Source: Camelus dromedarius
Taxonomy: Eukaryota
Assembly: GCF_036321535.1 (NCBI RefSeq)
Contig: NC_087437.1
Span: 78,246,001 to 78,310,000, forward strand
DNA: 64,000 nucleotides
Direction: 5' to 3'
Both the position numbers and the translations under genes were made by a program. The notes beneath the pieces are model-generated. The model was not told where the DNA came from, did no database searches, and saw only the letters and a list, made by a program, of their open reading frames with translations. Each line of letters begins with the position of its first letter. The first letter of the stretch is position 1. Below, one piece after another: positions 13,002 to 25,554 of the stretch.

Positions 13002-13430
13002 CCTCTATTTTTTATTATAGTCAGTTTACAATGTTGTGTCAATTTCTGGTGTGCAGCATAATGTTTCAATCATACATATACATACATATATTCATTTTCA
13101 TATTCTTTTTCATTAAGGTTACTACAAGATATTCACTATAGTTCCCTGTGTTATACAGAAGAAACTTGTTTTTTTAATCTGTTTTATATATAGCAGTTAG
13201 TATCTGCCAATCTCGAACTCCCAATTTATCGCTTCCCACCCTTTCCCCCCTGGTCACCATAAGTTTATTTTCTATGTCTCTGAGTCTGTTTCTGTTTGTA
13301 AATAAGTTGATGTGTGTCTTTTTATTTTAGATTCCATATATGAGTGGTATTGTATGGTATTTCTCTTTATCTTTCTGGCTTCCTTCACTAACAATGACGA
13401 TCTCTATTTCCATCCATGTTGCAAATGGCA
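13002..13430 (-). mobile_element. Older 5'-truncated L1 with degenerate TSD
   Basis: L1 3' UTR plus ORF2 end (ttagattccatatatgagt). TSD ttaatagcacaacatttt 12984-13001 vs ttagtagcgcaatatttt 13431-13448. Confidence 0.88.
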
Positions 13431-14134
13431 TTAGTAGCGCAATATTTTAATCTTCCTTTTTTCTTCTTTCAAAACCCATTTGTTGAAAATCAGCTAGATA
13501 CCATTTTCTAATCAGGAGGGTACAGATATCTACAACAAAAGATCCCTGCTGCTCAGGAATTCCCTATCTAGTAGGTGAGATATGCAATTAATTTCACTGT
13601 AGTACAAGGAGAGAGTGATCATTTTGCTGAAAGAGACACGAGTAAGATTATTTTATTTCTGTGATGCAATGGACTTTACACCTTTCATTTCAAGATTTTT
13701 ATTTGGGAGCTGTGGTAGATGACTGCCCTTTTCTTTTGGCAGCAGGTGCAGTATGATGATGGCTTATTATCTTAGAATGTGTTTATCTGCTCTGCACAAT
13801 GACTGTTGATTGCATGGGGCTCTGAGGTGAAGGATACCTTTGGGAATCCACATACTTGGATATATCCAAAGCTACATGCGTGTCTTAGGATTTATTATTG
13901 TGTGTGTTAATATGTGTTCACACAGGAAACATATATTTACATTTTCACCCAAACCAGGGGCAAGTTTATTGGGAGGAACACAGACTGAAGATGAAGGAGA
14001 TTGCATTTCTAGTCCTGGCCCTGGAGATCATTAGCTGAACTAAAGGAAATCTCTTAATTAGTCTGGGCTTCAATATGCTCATCAAAATAAATTGTCTCAG
14101 TCCTTGAAAAATTTATTTTCTTTGTTTACATTTA

Positions 14135-15315
14135 TGTCCTAGATGATCTCATCCAGTCGTGTGGATTTAAATATCAAATTGCACTGACAACTTTCGAAGG
14201 TTTGACTCTAACACAGAACTTTTCTCCCCCTGAAATCCAGTTCTTTGTATTTAACCTACTCCTGATAGTTGCCTGCAACTGAACATCTGTTAGAATTTCA
14301 AGCTCTTAATATCCAATAGTGGACTCTCGATTACACTAAAGTCCTTCCCCATCTTGGTAAATGGCAACTCTAGACTGTCTGAAGCAATGTATGTCTGCTC
14401 CAAACCTGACTTGTTCCTTATACTAACTTGGAAAATTATTTATCTATGTCTCGTGGACTTCCTATCACAACAAATGGCAACTGCAACTTTTCAGCTTTAT
14501 ATTCAGAATACTTGGAATTATCCTTAACACCTTATATTCTGTCACCCCTCATATCTGATCTGAGAGCACATGTTTTTGGATCTATTTTTAAAATAAATCC
14601 AAAATTTTTCTGCTTGTTACCGTTTGCTAAAACCAAAGACTAAGCTGCCATCATCTCTCATCAGAGCTCCTGCAATAAAACTCTCCCTGGGTCCTCTAAT
14701 TCTACTCTTGCACTCCTCATCAACCACTTTTTACACAAAACACCTAGAGTAATCTTTTAAAAATGTAGGTACTATCATATCATTCTGCCACATTTAGAAT
14801 TCAGTTGCATTTATAATAAAACGCTAAATCCTCATCACAACCTACAAGGCTAAATAAACTGAAAGTTGACCATCTCTACAATTTATCTTCAACCATTCCT
14901 TCCCTCATTCACTTACACTGGTGCCCTTGCTATCCCGAATACATGCCACATGTATTCCCTGCCCGCTTGAGAATATTTGCCATTTTTTTCCCCATCAAGC
15001 ATATTCTTCCTCAGGTTATTACTTGGCTCTTTCAAATCTCCACTTAGACTATCCTCAAATGGCACTCCCATTAAGAAAACTTACCCAACACCGCCTGGGA
15101 CTATAGCACCTTATTCTACTCTATTTTTTCTTATAACATTTATATCTATCTATCTAGATATGTACATGCATATATATAATATAAACTCAAACTTTTTTTC
15201 TTGAACTATTTATATCCACACTGACATTTAAGCATTATGAGAATGAGAACATTATCTGTTTAGTTTCCTGCCAAGGCAGGCACATACTAGCACTTGGCAT
15301 TAGTAAATATTTTAA
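14135..15315 (+). mobile_element. L2 LINE 3' portion
   Basis: atgatctcatccagtc..., aaatggcaactc, ccatcatctctca, gagtaatcttttaaaaatgta and terminal ggcacatactagcact...aaatattt. Confidence 0.75.
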
Positions 15316-16452
15316 AAACTCACTATCCATGAAATCAGAAAAGCCTTCACAAGACAGGTAGTCTTATATATGAAAGTTGTGTTTACTAGATAGATAAGAG
15401 GGACACTATAAAAGGAAGGAATAGCAGGCAATAGTGTACCTATATTTAGTTCTGCATTTAATTTGGAATAAGAGTGAACAATGAAATATTGTGGCAAGAA
15501 ATACGTAGACCAAAATGCATACATTATTACTGGATTTCCTTTAACTTCTATGGAGACCATAGCCATGGGAAGAATGCCCTGGGTTTAAGTATAACATTGC
15601 TTCAAAGACCTTCTTAATTTGTCTTCTACTCCAAATGATAACTGAGACAATCTTCTTCCAGGCGTACAACAGAGTCTTTTCCATCATAAAAATGTTTTAG
15701 GAGAAGTGTATATACATGTGGTGAGGTAGAGTCACACTTAGCCACCTCAACGTGTCAAAGCTCCATTAACAAGACAGTTATCAGCAATGAACAACATGAT
15801 GTCTTACATTTACGGAACACACTATAGTCTTCAAAATGTGCTCATGTTCTTTACCTAATTTTGTATTCCAACAATCTGTGACTGAGCATCACAAGTGCTA
15901 CCACTCTGACTAGGCTGGTTAGGAGCAGAATCATGTGTGTGCGTGTGTGTATGTGTGTGTGTTTCAGGGGAAAGTAGTGGATAAATGAATTCATTAATAA
16001 GACATAACAAAAATGTGAAGGAAGTTATGAGATACTGTTAGAATGCAGATGGACCACAGGCATTAGGCTGACGTGATCCTAGAAAAGCTTAAAAGGAAGC
16101 TTAACCAGAATTGCCTTTGAAGATGTTTGCTTAGTAGGGCTTTCTGGTTAAGCTGAGAAATGGGTGGGAAATTCATATTGTTTTCTATCATGGCTAACAT
16201 TTCCTAATTAGGAATTCTGAGGGAACTTTTATCACCCAAATAAATGAGAACATATGCTTTACTGTGAGATATCTAATCAGAAATAGCAGTGATGTTGGAC
16301 TCCTGTTAAAGCTTTGAGGAAAGTCTGGAGTCAACATGGTCCACTCTAGTGCTCAGGATGGACTGGTGTCAAGGGATACTTAAACACTGATTGTAAAATG
16401 GTTGAAGATATGAGAAAAAGATAATTTATTCAGTTATTGACAATAAATATTA

Positions 16453-16693
16453 TAATAGCTGAAATTTGTTGAGCATTTGCTATACGGCAGACACTATGCC
16501 AGGAATATTATAAACACCTTCTTACCTAACTCTATCAACCTGTAAGGTAGGCATTATTACTTTCCCATTTAAAGTAAACTCAAGACTTAGAAAGATTAAG
16601 CAACCTGCCCAAGTTCACAGAAGTATTTTGTTACTGACCTGGAATTCAAACAAAGGTCAGAATACATAGAAAATCAAAACTCTTGACTATGAC
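16453..16693 (-). mobile_element. MIR SINE, near full length
   Basis: ttgagcatttgcta...gattaagcaacctgcccaagttcacag...ggaattcaaac. Confidence 0.8.
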
Positions 16694-16708
16694 CTAACTT
16701 GATGACCT

Positions 16709-16885
16709 CTGTGGTAGGTAGAATAATGCCTTCTCTTCCCCAAAGAAATCCTGTCCTAATCCCCAGAATATTTATTTTCTCATGGTTCCAAAGGCTCAAA
16801 GTTCAATATCAAGGTGTCAGCAGGTCTGATTTCCGCACAGGCTTCTCCTTGGCTTGCAGACAGCCACCTTCTTCCTGTGCCCTAG
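16709..16885. mobile_element. Two MLT1 (MaLR) LTR fragments in opposite orientation
   Basis: Plus-strand LTR start tgtggtaggtagaataatg...ctaatccccagaa abuts minus-strand atttattttctcatggttcc...atcaaggtgtcagcagg. Confidence 0.65.
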
Positions 16886-16934
16886 TAACGCTCCCTCCTC
16901 TGTCTGTGCACAGCCCGAGAGAAGTGACAGTAGG

Positions 16935-17133
16935 ACAAGCACTGTATTGGTTAATAACAAGTGGTTCCTCCACAAATAAAGCCTTGATTTGTGGCATTTG
17001 CCCTTTTCTGTGGTTTAAGTTCCCCACCCTGGCTAGTTTCTATCTATAAATACGAAGTCACTGAAACCGGAGTTGGGGAGAGAGGAGCATAATTGGGTCT
17101 CCCAAGCCTATTAGCTGGTCTCAGCACACCACC
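16935..17133. mobile_element. MER63-like hAT DNA transposon
   Basis: gccttgatttgtggcatttgcc...cccaccctggctagtttc and end cagcacaccac. Confidence 0.55.
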
Positions 17134-17156
17134 CGTGGTACTATTAAAACTAAGCG

Positions 17157-18157
17157 CAGAGGCATATTTACTGAGACACTAACGCCAGCATCAGGGCCCC
17201 TCATTGCCAGGAGCTTGGATTCAGCTCTAGCAACATGGTCACTTGACCACTGGTTTTCATAAATTTTGCAAATGATATTTTAACCACAATCAGCATAGCT
17301 GCTTATTTCCATTCTGACTTCCTGTTACCACACTTGCCTTCCAGTTAAGTGGCTTTTATGTGACCATGGGCACTTTAGGATCCAGCCTCGGAGAAGTTGA
17401 GTTGAGGATACTTGCATTTGGGTTTCATGGAATATATCGATGTTCTCACTCACTTCCATGCATAGTTCATGTACTGCTGGCTACCCAGGTGTAGAAAGGG
17501 CTCCCAGCAACCCCCCTGCTGCCCAGTGCGTAAACTCATCTGGCACCATTCCACAGAGGTGCAGAGCCACACATCATATTGTGCCTTCAGTGTTTTCATG
17601 CTGTGACTGGCACCAAAAATATATGGGTAGTGGAAGAAGAAGCAAAGCTTATAACATACAGACTCAGAAGTTGGTCTGTGGGAAATTCTTCCACGTCTGA
17701 CAGCTCATAAAACAAATCTGATAGAAGTTTCCCCCAAATAAAATTATCTTAAAAATTTAATACAGATATGAAGCTAAAGAAACTTTCTAAAATAAAAAGT
17801 ATGAATCTTTTTTTCCTAAATCAAGATAAAAACTGATGTGTATTATTATGAGAAAATGACATCATAATATTATTGAAATGAGAAAGTAATCAAAGAGCAT
17901 TTTGCCCAAAAAAGTAAGGAACAAATATTACATATGTGTTTCAGGAAAGTAATTGATACAAATATAGTAGGAGGAGGCAGAGTTGTGATGTGAGCAGTAT
18001 TTAAACATTTCTAGAGATGTACAAGATCTTATGCTTTCTTTTTTCCTCCTGGATAAATACTCATTTTTAGTGTGATTGCATTTCAGTGTCCATTTCCTTA
18101 GGGAAGTCTCCCTAAACTAAGCTTTAGACCCTGTAAAACTGCATGTTCTACTGCCTG
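17157..18157 (+). mobile_element. Arthur1-like hAT-Tip100 non-autonomous DNA transposon
   Basis: Start cagaggcatatttac...tcagggcccctca, internal gaagttgagttgaggatac and tgggtagtggaagaagaa, end gctttagaccctgtaaaac...cctg. Confidence 0.7.
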
Positions 18158-18516
18158 TGACAGAAGAGGAAAACCATAAAATCATGGGGCCTCCCCATGT
18201 TTAATCCAGACGCAAGAGATGATTACTTCCACTAATACATTTTAAAGGAACAGTGGGAAACAAAAGACATTTGGTTTGATTATGTCACAAATCAAATTTG
18301 TTCGAGACTGTTATTCTCTGAGCGTCTTCTCATGGAGGATTTGAATCGGGTTCCTAGGCTTAGTGGCATGAGGTTCTACTGCAAACCTAATTCACGAAAA
18401 AATACCCCGAGTGTCTACTGAAACTGCCCCTCCTGAGTTATCTCTGCTCTCCCTTCCAGATATGTTCTATATAATTTTAACAACTTTGGAAAATGAAACA
18501 GAGAAGTGTGTTATTA

Positions 18517-18520
<4 letters not shown>

Positions 18521-18558
<38 letters not shown>
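18521..18558. repeat. (CA)19 microsatellite
   Basis: Perfect CA run. Confidence 0.97.
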
Positions 18559-18559
<1 letters not shown>

Positions 18560-19369
18560 CTAGGCTGTATGTGGAATCTGACAGATGACTCCTTTTTTCT
18601 TTTAATCACTTACTTGTTACAGTTAGATGGAGTTAACATGATCTCCAGGTAATTTCCATCATAAAGAAAAGTAAAAGGTTGTCTCATCACTCAAGCAAAA
18701 ATTCATTTATTGTGATGCAAGGATTTTCAAAAACAGGCATAGTTTCCCATTTTGTATGGAAAGGGCATACTTTGTAAACCTTTATAATACCACCTGAAAA
18801 TGTCTTTTCAAATGGATACTTCTTGCTACAGGACTGGGGAGGAGAAAACACACTTAACATTTGTCTGTTTTACATACCTTTGGCAATATTAATAGTAGCA
18901 ATGAAAAGGCTTTCTGTATCTCAGCAGTATGTCAGCGATACTAAGAAAGATTGAGGACTGGCTGTGGAATTTCACTTATAAGATGAAAATTAGGCCACTG
19001 GATATTTTTGAGGTTTTGACTAAAACATACCCTATTTTGACTACATGTATTTGCACAGTAAGCTTATTAATTTGTCAAGATGAGAAAAGAATGTTAAGCA
19101 TTAAGTGATGTAAAAGGTTTTATTTTTCTTCCAAGACAAATTTATTGGTTTTTCTTACTATTATCAATGATGCTAGGGATCTCTCTTTGAAGAGAAAAGA
19201 ACGTGTTTTGCAATAATACACCAAGTACTCTAAGTTGTGTTAGTGCTCTTATTTTGTATTACCTAACTTAAAGTTTAGGTCTACAAGAGAAACGTTTTTA
19301 AAATCTTTATTAAACATCTGTGCTCTTGAAATTTGTTTGTAAACAATATTTATTCACAAACATATTTAA

Positions 19370-19590
19370 AGAGTGTTTAGGACAAACAGGCTTTGGAGTG
19401 AGGGGTAACTAGATTGAATTCCTGACTCTGCTCTTTCTCCAAGTCATGTAACCTCTTCGAGCTAACATTTTAACATCTGGAAATGGTAACTTCCCTCGTC
19501 TGTTATTGTCGGGATTAAATAACATAAAATATGGAAAATGTTAGGAGTAGCTCTCATGTAGTAAGCACTAATTACATAATAGCTATTTTT
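19370..19590 (+). mobile_element. MIR SINE
   Basis: caggctttggagt...gaattcctgactctgc...catctggaaatgg...gtaagcactaa. Confidence 0.7.
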
Positions 19591-19890
19591 ACTCTTCTCA
19601 CTTTATTAATCTCTTCTCAATTTTTTAAAAATAAAAATTTATACACATTTTTGGGGAACTGTTTGCATGATTTAGTATTAAATGAAAAATGTGCACTTCA
19701 AAGTACCTATTAAAATTTAAATCATTTTCTATAACTACTTTAAAAAACCTGTGAAAATACTATTTCACATTTCTCTTCAAAAACACTATTATGTTTGAAT
19801 TCAAGTTCCCAAATTCTCCCCTAACAAGCTTCCTTCAGTTTTTACTTGGTGGAGACTTGTCTGAAATTGCTATTTTAAGAAAGATTATCT

Positions 19891-20227
19891 CAAACTTATT
19901 TACAAAACAGAAAGAGACTCACAGACATAGAAAACAAACTTATGACTACTGGGGGTGGGCGGGGGAAGGAGGGATAAATTAGGAGTTGGGGGCTGGCAGA
20001 TACAAACCACTATGTACAAAAGAGATGAACAACAAGGTCCTACTGTACAGCACAGGGAACTATATTCAATGGCTTGTAGTAACCTGTAATGAAAAAGAAT
20101 ATGAAAAGGAATATGTATATATATTTGTATAACTGAGTCAATATGCTGTACATCAGAAACTAATACAGCATTGTATTACATCAATATAGTACATCAACTA
20201 TACTTCAATTTAAAAACCGGAGGGAAA
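19891..20227 (+). mobile_element. 5'-truncated L1 3' UTR with TSD
   Basis: aaacagaaagagactcacagacatagaaaacaaacttatg...cacagggaactatattcaa. TSD aagaaagatt(a/g)tct at 19877-19890 and 20228-20241. Confidence 0.9.
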
Positions 20228-21559
20228 AAGAAAGATTGTCTATAGCAGAGAGTTCAGGTTAAACTCAAACTTTCATTTGGAAAAAGGAAAGGTAACATGT
20301 GAGTGAACTTAAATCACGTGACATATACATGGTGAGAAAAGATAAAATTGTGAAGTTATCTTTACATTTGGCAGTGGTAGGACAAGAATTCCTTGTTTCT
20401 GCCTCCTGCTGAAACCACTCCTATCCTGTGGCATATTGTGGAAGTTAATGGATTTTTAGATGTGAACTTAACTCTCTGGGCTAAAGGAAAAAGGAGACAG
20501 AGGAAGAGCAGAGGGACATATTAAAAATTCAGCATTTTAAGTGGACAAATGGAACTTCATTTACTGTAAGAGAGAATTAAGATTCTGTAAAGTGATCCCT
20601 AAGTATCAGATTTTCTCTATGATTTAGACAAAGGTAAATGAACGTTCTTTGTGTGTAAAGCACTATTGAAAAGGTACTAAATCATTCCAAATGTGATTGT
20701 GGAGATTGATATTGAAGTAATCTTATTTTGCTTTTGGAAAACACATGAAATGTTTAAGAGTCAGTGATATAGCCAGGTCTACAATTTTGTTAATGAATAT
20801 GTGTTTTTTATATAGTTTTTTTTTTTTTTTAAGTGAATAAGGCTTTACTCTCTATACTCTGCTTTCTAGTTACAGTTTTAACAGTGTTTTGTGTTTTGGT
20901 TAGTTAGAATGATTTTCTATTGTTAGCTGGATAGTTCTCCCTTCCTTTTCCAGTAGAATTTGGTCATTTGATATACAAGAAAATGGATACAGAGATTATA
21001 TCAAGGTCACTTCACTGATTAGAGAAGGTGAAACTCCAGGCTCTATGTGTGGTTCATTAGGCTACTCTCTTAACCAGACCACTGACAGATTGAATGTCCA
21101 TGGTTTATTTTCTTTACAGTTCATAAATTATTAAGTATTGTTGCAACCACTCATCTGGATTTGCATTCAATGCTCTGAATAAGATGATTACAGAATGTTG
21201 ATCTGCCAGTGAATAATTACTGCTGAAAGGCTTTTGAGATTTCAAAAGATTTAGAAAATGTGTCCTTAAAATTAAGATGAATGTTTTCAGACCTTTACAA
21301 AATGTGGACTCTTGATTCTTGCATGTTAGTAAGATAAAGTTAAATGGTATCTACGAAAAAGGGCAGATCAAATTATAGATGCTTTGACTTTGTGAGAGAA
21401 ATTACATTTCAGAGGAATTTGTTTAAAACAGAATCATTTATTATATATTTCTCAAGAATCAGAAATTGCTTAAAAAGAAAAAAAAAATCAACTACCAGCA
21501 AAGCCTTTCATTTTATAGTCATAACAAGATTATTATATTTTTCTGTTTCTCTCTGAATT

Positions 21560-22610
21560 ATAATTAAGGACCACAGCTGACCACTGAAGGCGGTAAGCAC
21601 CAAAAATCCTAAGTTCAGAGAGGTTGCAGCAGTGGAGTCAAATGCTGTTCTGTTTTCTTTTGGGCTCAAGAGGCACCAGAAATTGTCCTCAACCCTCAAC
21701 ATCACCCCAAACTCAAATCAGTAGGAAAGGAGAACCGAAGAGGTAGGAGACTGAAGCCTTGGAGGCTTGCAGAATTCAAGGTGACTGAACAAGGACGACC
21801 TCAAGAGACATTTCTGTTTGGCCAGCAGACTTCCTGACTTGCTCCATGTTAGTTAAACAGAAGAAAAGGACTAGAAAAGAGTTAGTGGAGTCAAGAGTGA
21901 AGGAAGCTACACTCCTCCTCACACTTCCATTTAAAATTGGATAGAGTCAGATAAACACTGAGAAAGACAGCTGGGCTCTGCCATCTTAATTTTTCACCCA
22001 AGAAGGATACCCACTGCCAGAAGGTACCCCAGCAACAAGAAGTGGTGGAGTGGAGCTCTTCCACATCAGGAAACTGCAGTGGGAAGGCCCTTTTCCATCC
22101 TCTCCAGAGAATCCGCACATATATTCAGCAGGAGAGTTAGGGCTTGGGTGGCTGCCACACATAGTCATTTCTCTTTGTGTGAATGTCCTGAAGTGCACTG
22201 CCGGTTCCAAAAAAATGACTTTTATGTTGTGGTCTAAATTGGCACCTTGTCAGTAGGAGCCAAAGAAGCAGAAGTGTTAGAAGAGAGATGTTTGAGTTCT
22301 CACTGTTCATCACACTAAGAGAGCCACAGTCTAGTAATGGATTACAGCTAAAAGAACTGTAAGAGGCTTTTTCAGAGGAGAAGGACTTAGGAAACCTACA
22401 GTCATCAAGAGGGGAGAAGAAAGCAAGTACACTAGAGGAATTTGAAGACTTTGGAAGGCAGCTGTCCTCATCACTACACCACCAATGAAGACTTTTGTAC
22501 CTGTAGCTAGAGCAAACATTAAACACCACCCAACTCCTAGCCAGATTAACATAAATCCTCACACAAAAAGCCCTTTTATCTCAATTTTTATTACTGAAAA
22601 CAAGATACTT
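21560..22610 (+). mobile_element. Old L1M 5' region fragment
   Basis: Ends in caactcctagccagattaacataaatcctcacac, a motif I associate with L1MC/MD 5' ends. Confidence 0.5.
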
Positions 22611-23232
22611 GGTAAAATGTTTAGTTGCTCTCAATTGTACATAGATTGAATCACGTAATTCCCTTGTGTTGTAATGACTCCTTTCCCATGTCTCTCTCTC
22701 TCTCTCACACACATGTACAAACACACACACACACTGAATTCAGCTAAATTTGAGGGTCATGTGATGAGGAAATGGACTCTAAATTTAAACCTTGGTAAAA
22801 TGAATGACAGTTAGAGACTATGTTTATTAACTAGCACTTTGGTGATCCAAAGAAAGTCCAGGTGAGAATTAGGCTACAGAACAGATTAAGAAGCCAACTA
22901 AGGCAACTGTAATGTAAGTCAGAGCAGTAGGCCCATATTAGACACTGGCAAACACCTAAAGATAAAGGCAAAGAAAGTAGAGACAATCAAGATTTTCTCA
23001 GGAGATACGGCAGAGTTGTCAGGAAAAAAGCTAATGAAACAGTGCCTTCCACTTTTACTCAACCAGAAAATCTTGTTGTGGTTACCTGTAAGGTTTCTTT
23101 TGAGGAAATATGGCTTAATTGCTTTTTAAAATGCTAAAAAATAATAACTGAATTAGTGAAAGATGCAGGTTTAGGCAGCCTTCCAATTTCTGAGGAAATA
23201 TGTCTTAATAACATTTTAATTCTGTTTAATTA

Positions 23233-23327
23233 AGTGAATACATATATGTATATGTATGAGACATTATGCTGTACACCAGAAATGACACACTGAAACTGAT
23301 GCATTGTAACTGATTATACTTCAGTAA
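23233..23327 (+). mobile_element. Short L1 3' terminal fragment
   Basis: gacattatgctgtacaccagaaatgacac...ttgtaactgattatacttca, matching the L1 end at 42680-42730. Confidence 0.8.
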
Positions 23328-23330
23328 GAT

Positions 23331-23378
<48 letters not shown>
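23331..23378. repeat. (GATA)12 microsatellite
   Basis: Perfect tetranucleotide run directly after the L1 terminus. Confidence 0.97.
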
Positions 23379-23379
<1 letters not shown>

Positions 23380-25554
23380 ACAGATACTCTTTTTCAGAGT
23401 TAACTGGGGTTACCATAATGATAGAAGTCTTGAAATGAATTGAGAGCTCTTTTCTTCACCATCTTATCCTCATTTATTTGCTCTCTCTAATGTCTTCCCC
23501 TTACTTCTTTGTTTGTTCTGGATTTCCTCAGACACAGTTGGCAGATACTTGAATTTAAGGGGGTGGGGAAGATGAAGCAGAGCATGTTGGTCTTTCTTAT
23601 CCTCATCATTAACCTAGAGATTGCAAATTCAAAGGATGATGCCCTTTGTGAATGGGCTTAGCAAAAGGCAGTAGTGAGTGGTGGTGTCAAAGTCACCAAA
23701 ATTTGATTTTTTAATTAATGTCAATATGCCAACTAAGTAAGATATCTGAGTATTAAATATGTCACTGAATTCCCATTGTAGAAAATACACTCTATGGAGA
23801 GTTTATCTTCATTAGGCCAAAGACAAGATTATGATTTGAGGAAAGTACATTATTGGAACACCTGAACAAATTCAAGCTGCCCTATAAGGAAAATGATATT
23901 AACATGTTATTATAGGAGATAGTGGTGAGAAGGAAAGGGTCAAGATGATGACTGCTTGCTAATGTCAAAGCATCACTGGCAAAATGTAAATTGCTAAAGT
24001 TTGAGACCAAAAGGCCAATGAAAGTCCAGGTAGGAGAGGCAGAAGGTTTGGTCAGTCCTGGGGAGTTTCAACAGCTTGTTGTCAAAGTGGCCTTGGGATC
24101 AAGACATAGAATATGAGTCCTGATTTATAGCATTATAGGTCAGAGGAAGGCTGTAGACAAAACTCAGGCTAGTAGAGAATGCATCTTTTGAGGAAGAAAT
24201 TTGTTCAGAGACGGTTTAGGCAAAAAATCAACAAGATCCTAACTAGAAAGACAGGTAAACAGTGAGATCAATATGGAGGAATTTTAAGTGGCAGGACAAA
24301 ATATAGCCCTGATTTTGTCTTTTGTGGTCCTTTTTCACATTGTCAGAGGCCCAAGGAGAATTTGCTATAGTGCTTCAAAATCATGGAACAAAATTATTGC
24401 TCAGAGACTATGTTAGCAACCAATTGGCTTAAGGCAGTGATACATATCATTGCGTCTTCTGGCATTAATTTGGCTAGTGTGAATTCCCACTATGACCATA
24501 AACTTGTAGCTACCTGTTGTCTTGGAGGAACAAAAAATGGCAGCAAACTATGTAGGAAAATTTCTGGAATTTTCAGTCAAAAAGGAGTTGGTGGGGATGT
24601 ACTTGGAGTAAAGGTATTGGCCAGGGACTTAAATTTGTTTTAGGGCTGTCGTTTCACAAATAATAGTTTTCTTTGATCTCGTTTGATCTTGGATTAAGTG
24701 TAAAATACTGTCCCTTAGCATAAGTTTCCATCCAAATTGGGAATTTTACTTTTCCGTACTTCCATGAAAGTATAATGCAGAGCAGAATAACATCCATAAA
24801 TGGAAATTGGGCTCTGTGGACAAATAATCACTATGTGTATCTAGGTTTTAATAGCAGTAATATGATTTCTATTATTGGGAACTGTGTGGAATTCAGTGAG
24901 CTTATAAGAAGCGAATCTTTTACTAGTAGTAGCAATATGTACTATTACTATTCTTGCACTATTTGGTATTATTGGTCATTCTGAATTTTAGTTGTTTTCT
25001 AGAAATGGCAGAGGGAATTGATCTTGATTGACATTCCTTGAGCCAGAAATACCACTGGAACATTATTAAAAGACATCATCAAACATTATTATTATGAGAT
25101 GCTGTACATCCCATTATAGTATACTGCCATATATCCTAATAGTGTCAATCAATTTCTGTAAAGACTCAGCTTGTGATCTGACGAGTGAATGCATTAAAAT
25201 ATACGATATCCTTTTAGCTTCTATCCTGGGCATACTGTGTGATTAAGACTGGGTGCTTCATGACTCCTCTTAGTCCAGATTTTATAATTTGCACTTTCTA
25301 GGTGGAGAGACTGAGTCTGTCTGAAGTAAGCCTATTTAGTGGTGGTTTTCCGTGTGAGTCTAGATCTAGTCATATTCTTGGGATGCTGCAGATCTGTCAG
25401 CGGGAGTGTGGCTGTTTAATTACCAACTCAGCTGTACTCTCTCACTAGATGTAGTGACAATAACTCTCTAAGTCCAGTGTCTTTCAATTTTCTTTTTCTT
25501 TATATATTCTCTTGCAATTTTCTTTTTTTTTTAGCTTTGCTAATTAAAGCATTT

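Noticed and set aside
21891..22562. Cluster of overlapping ORFs up to 141 aa
   Set aside because: Lies within a probable old L1 5' region and has no recognisable domain.
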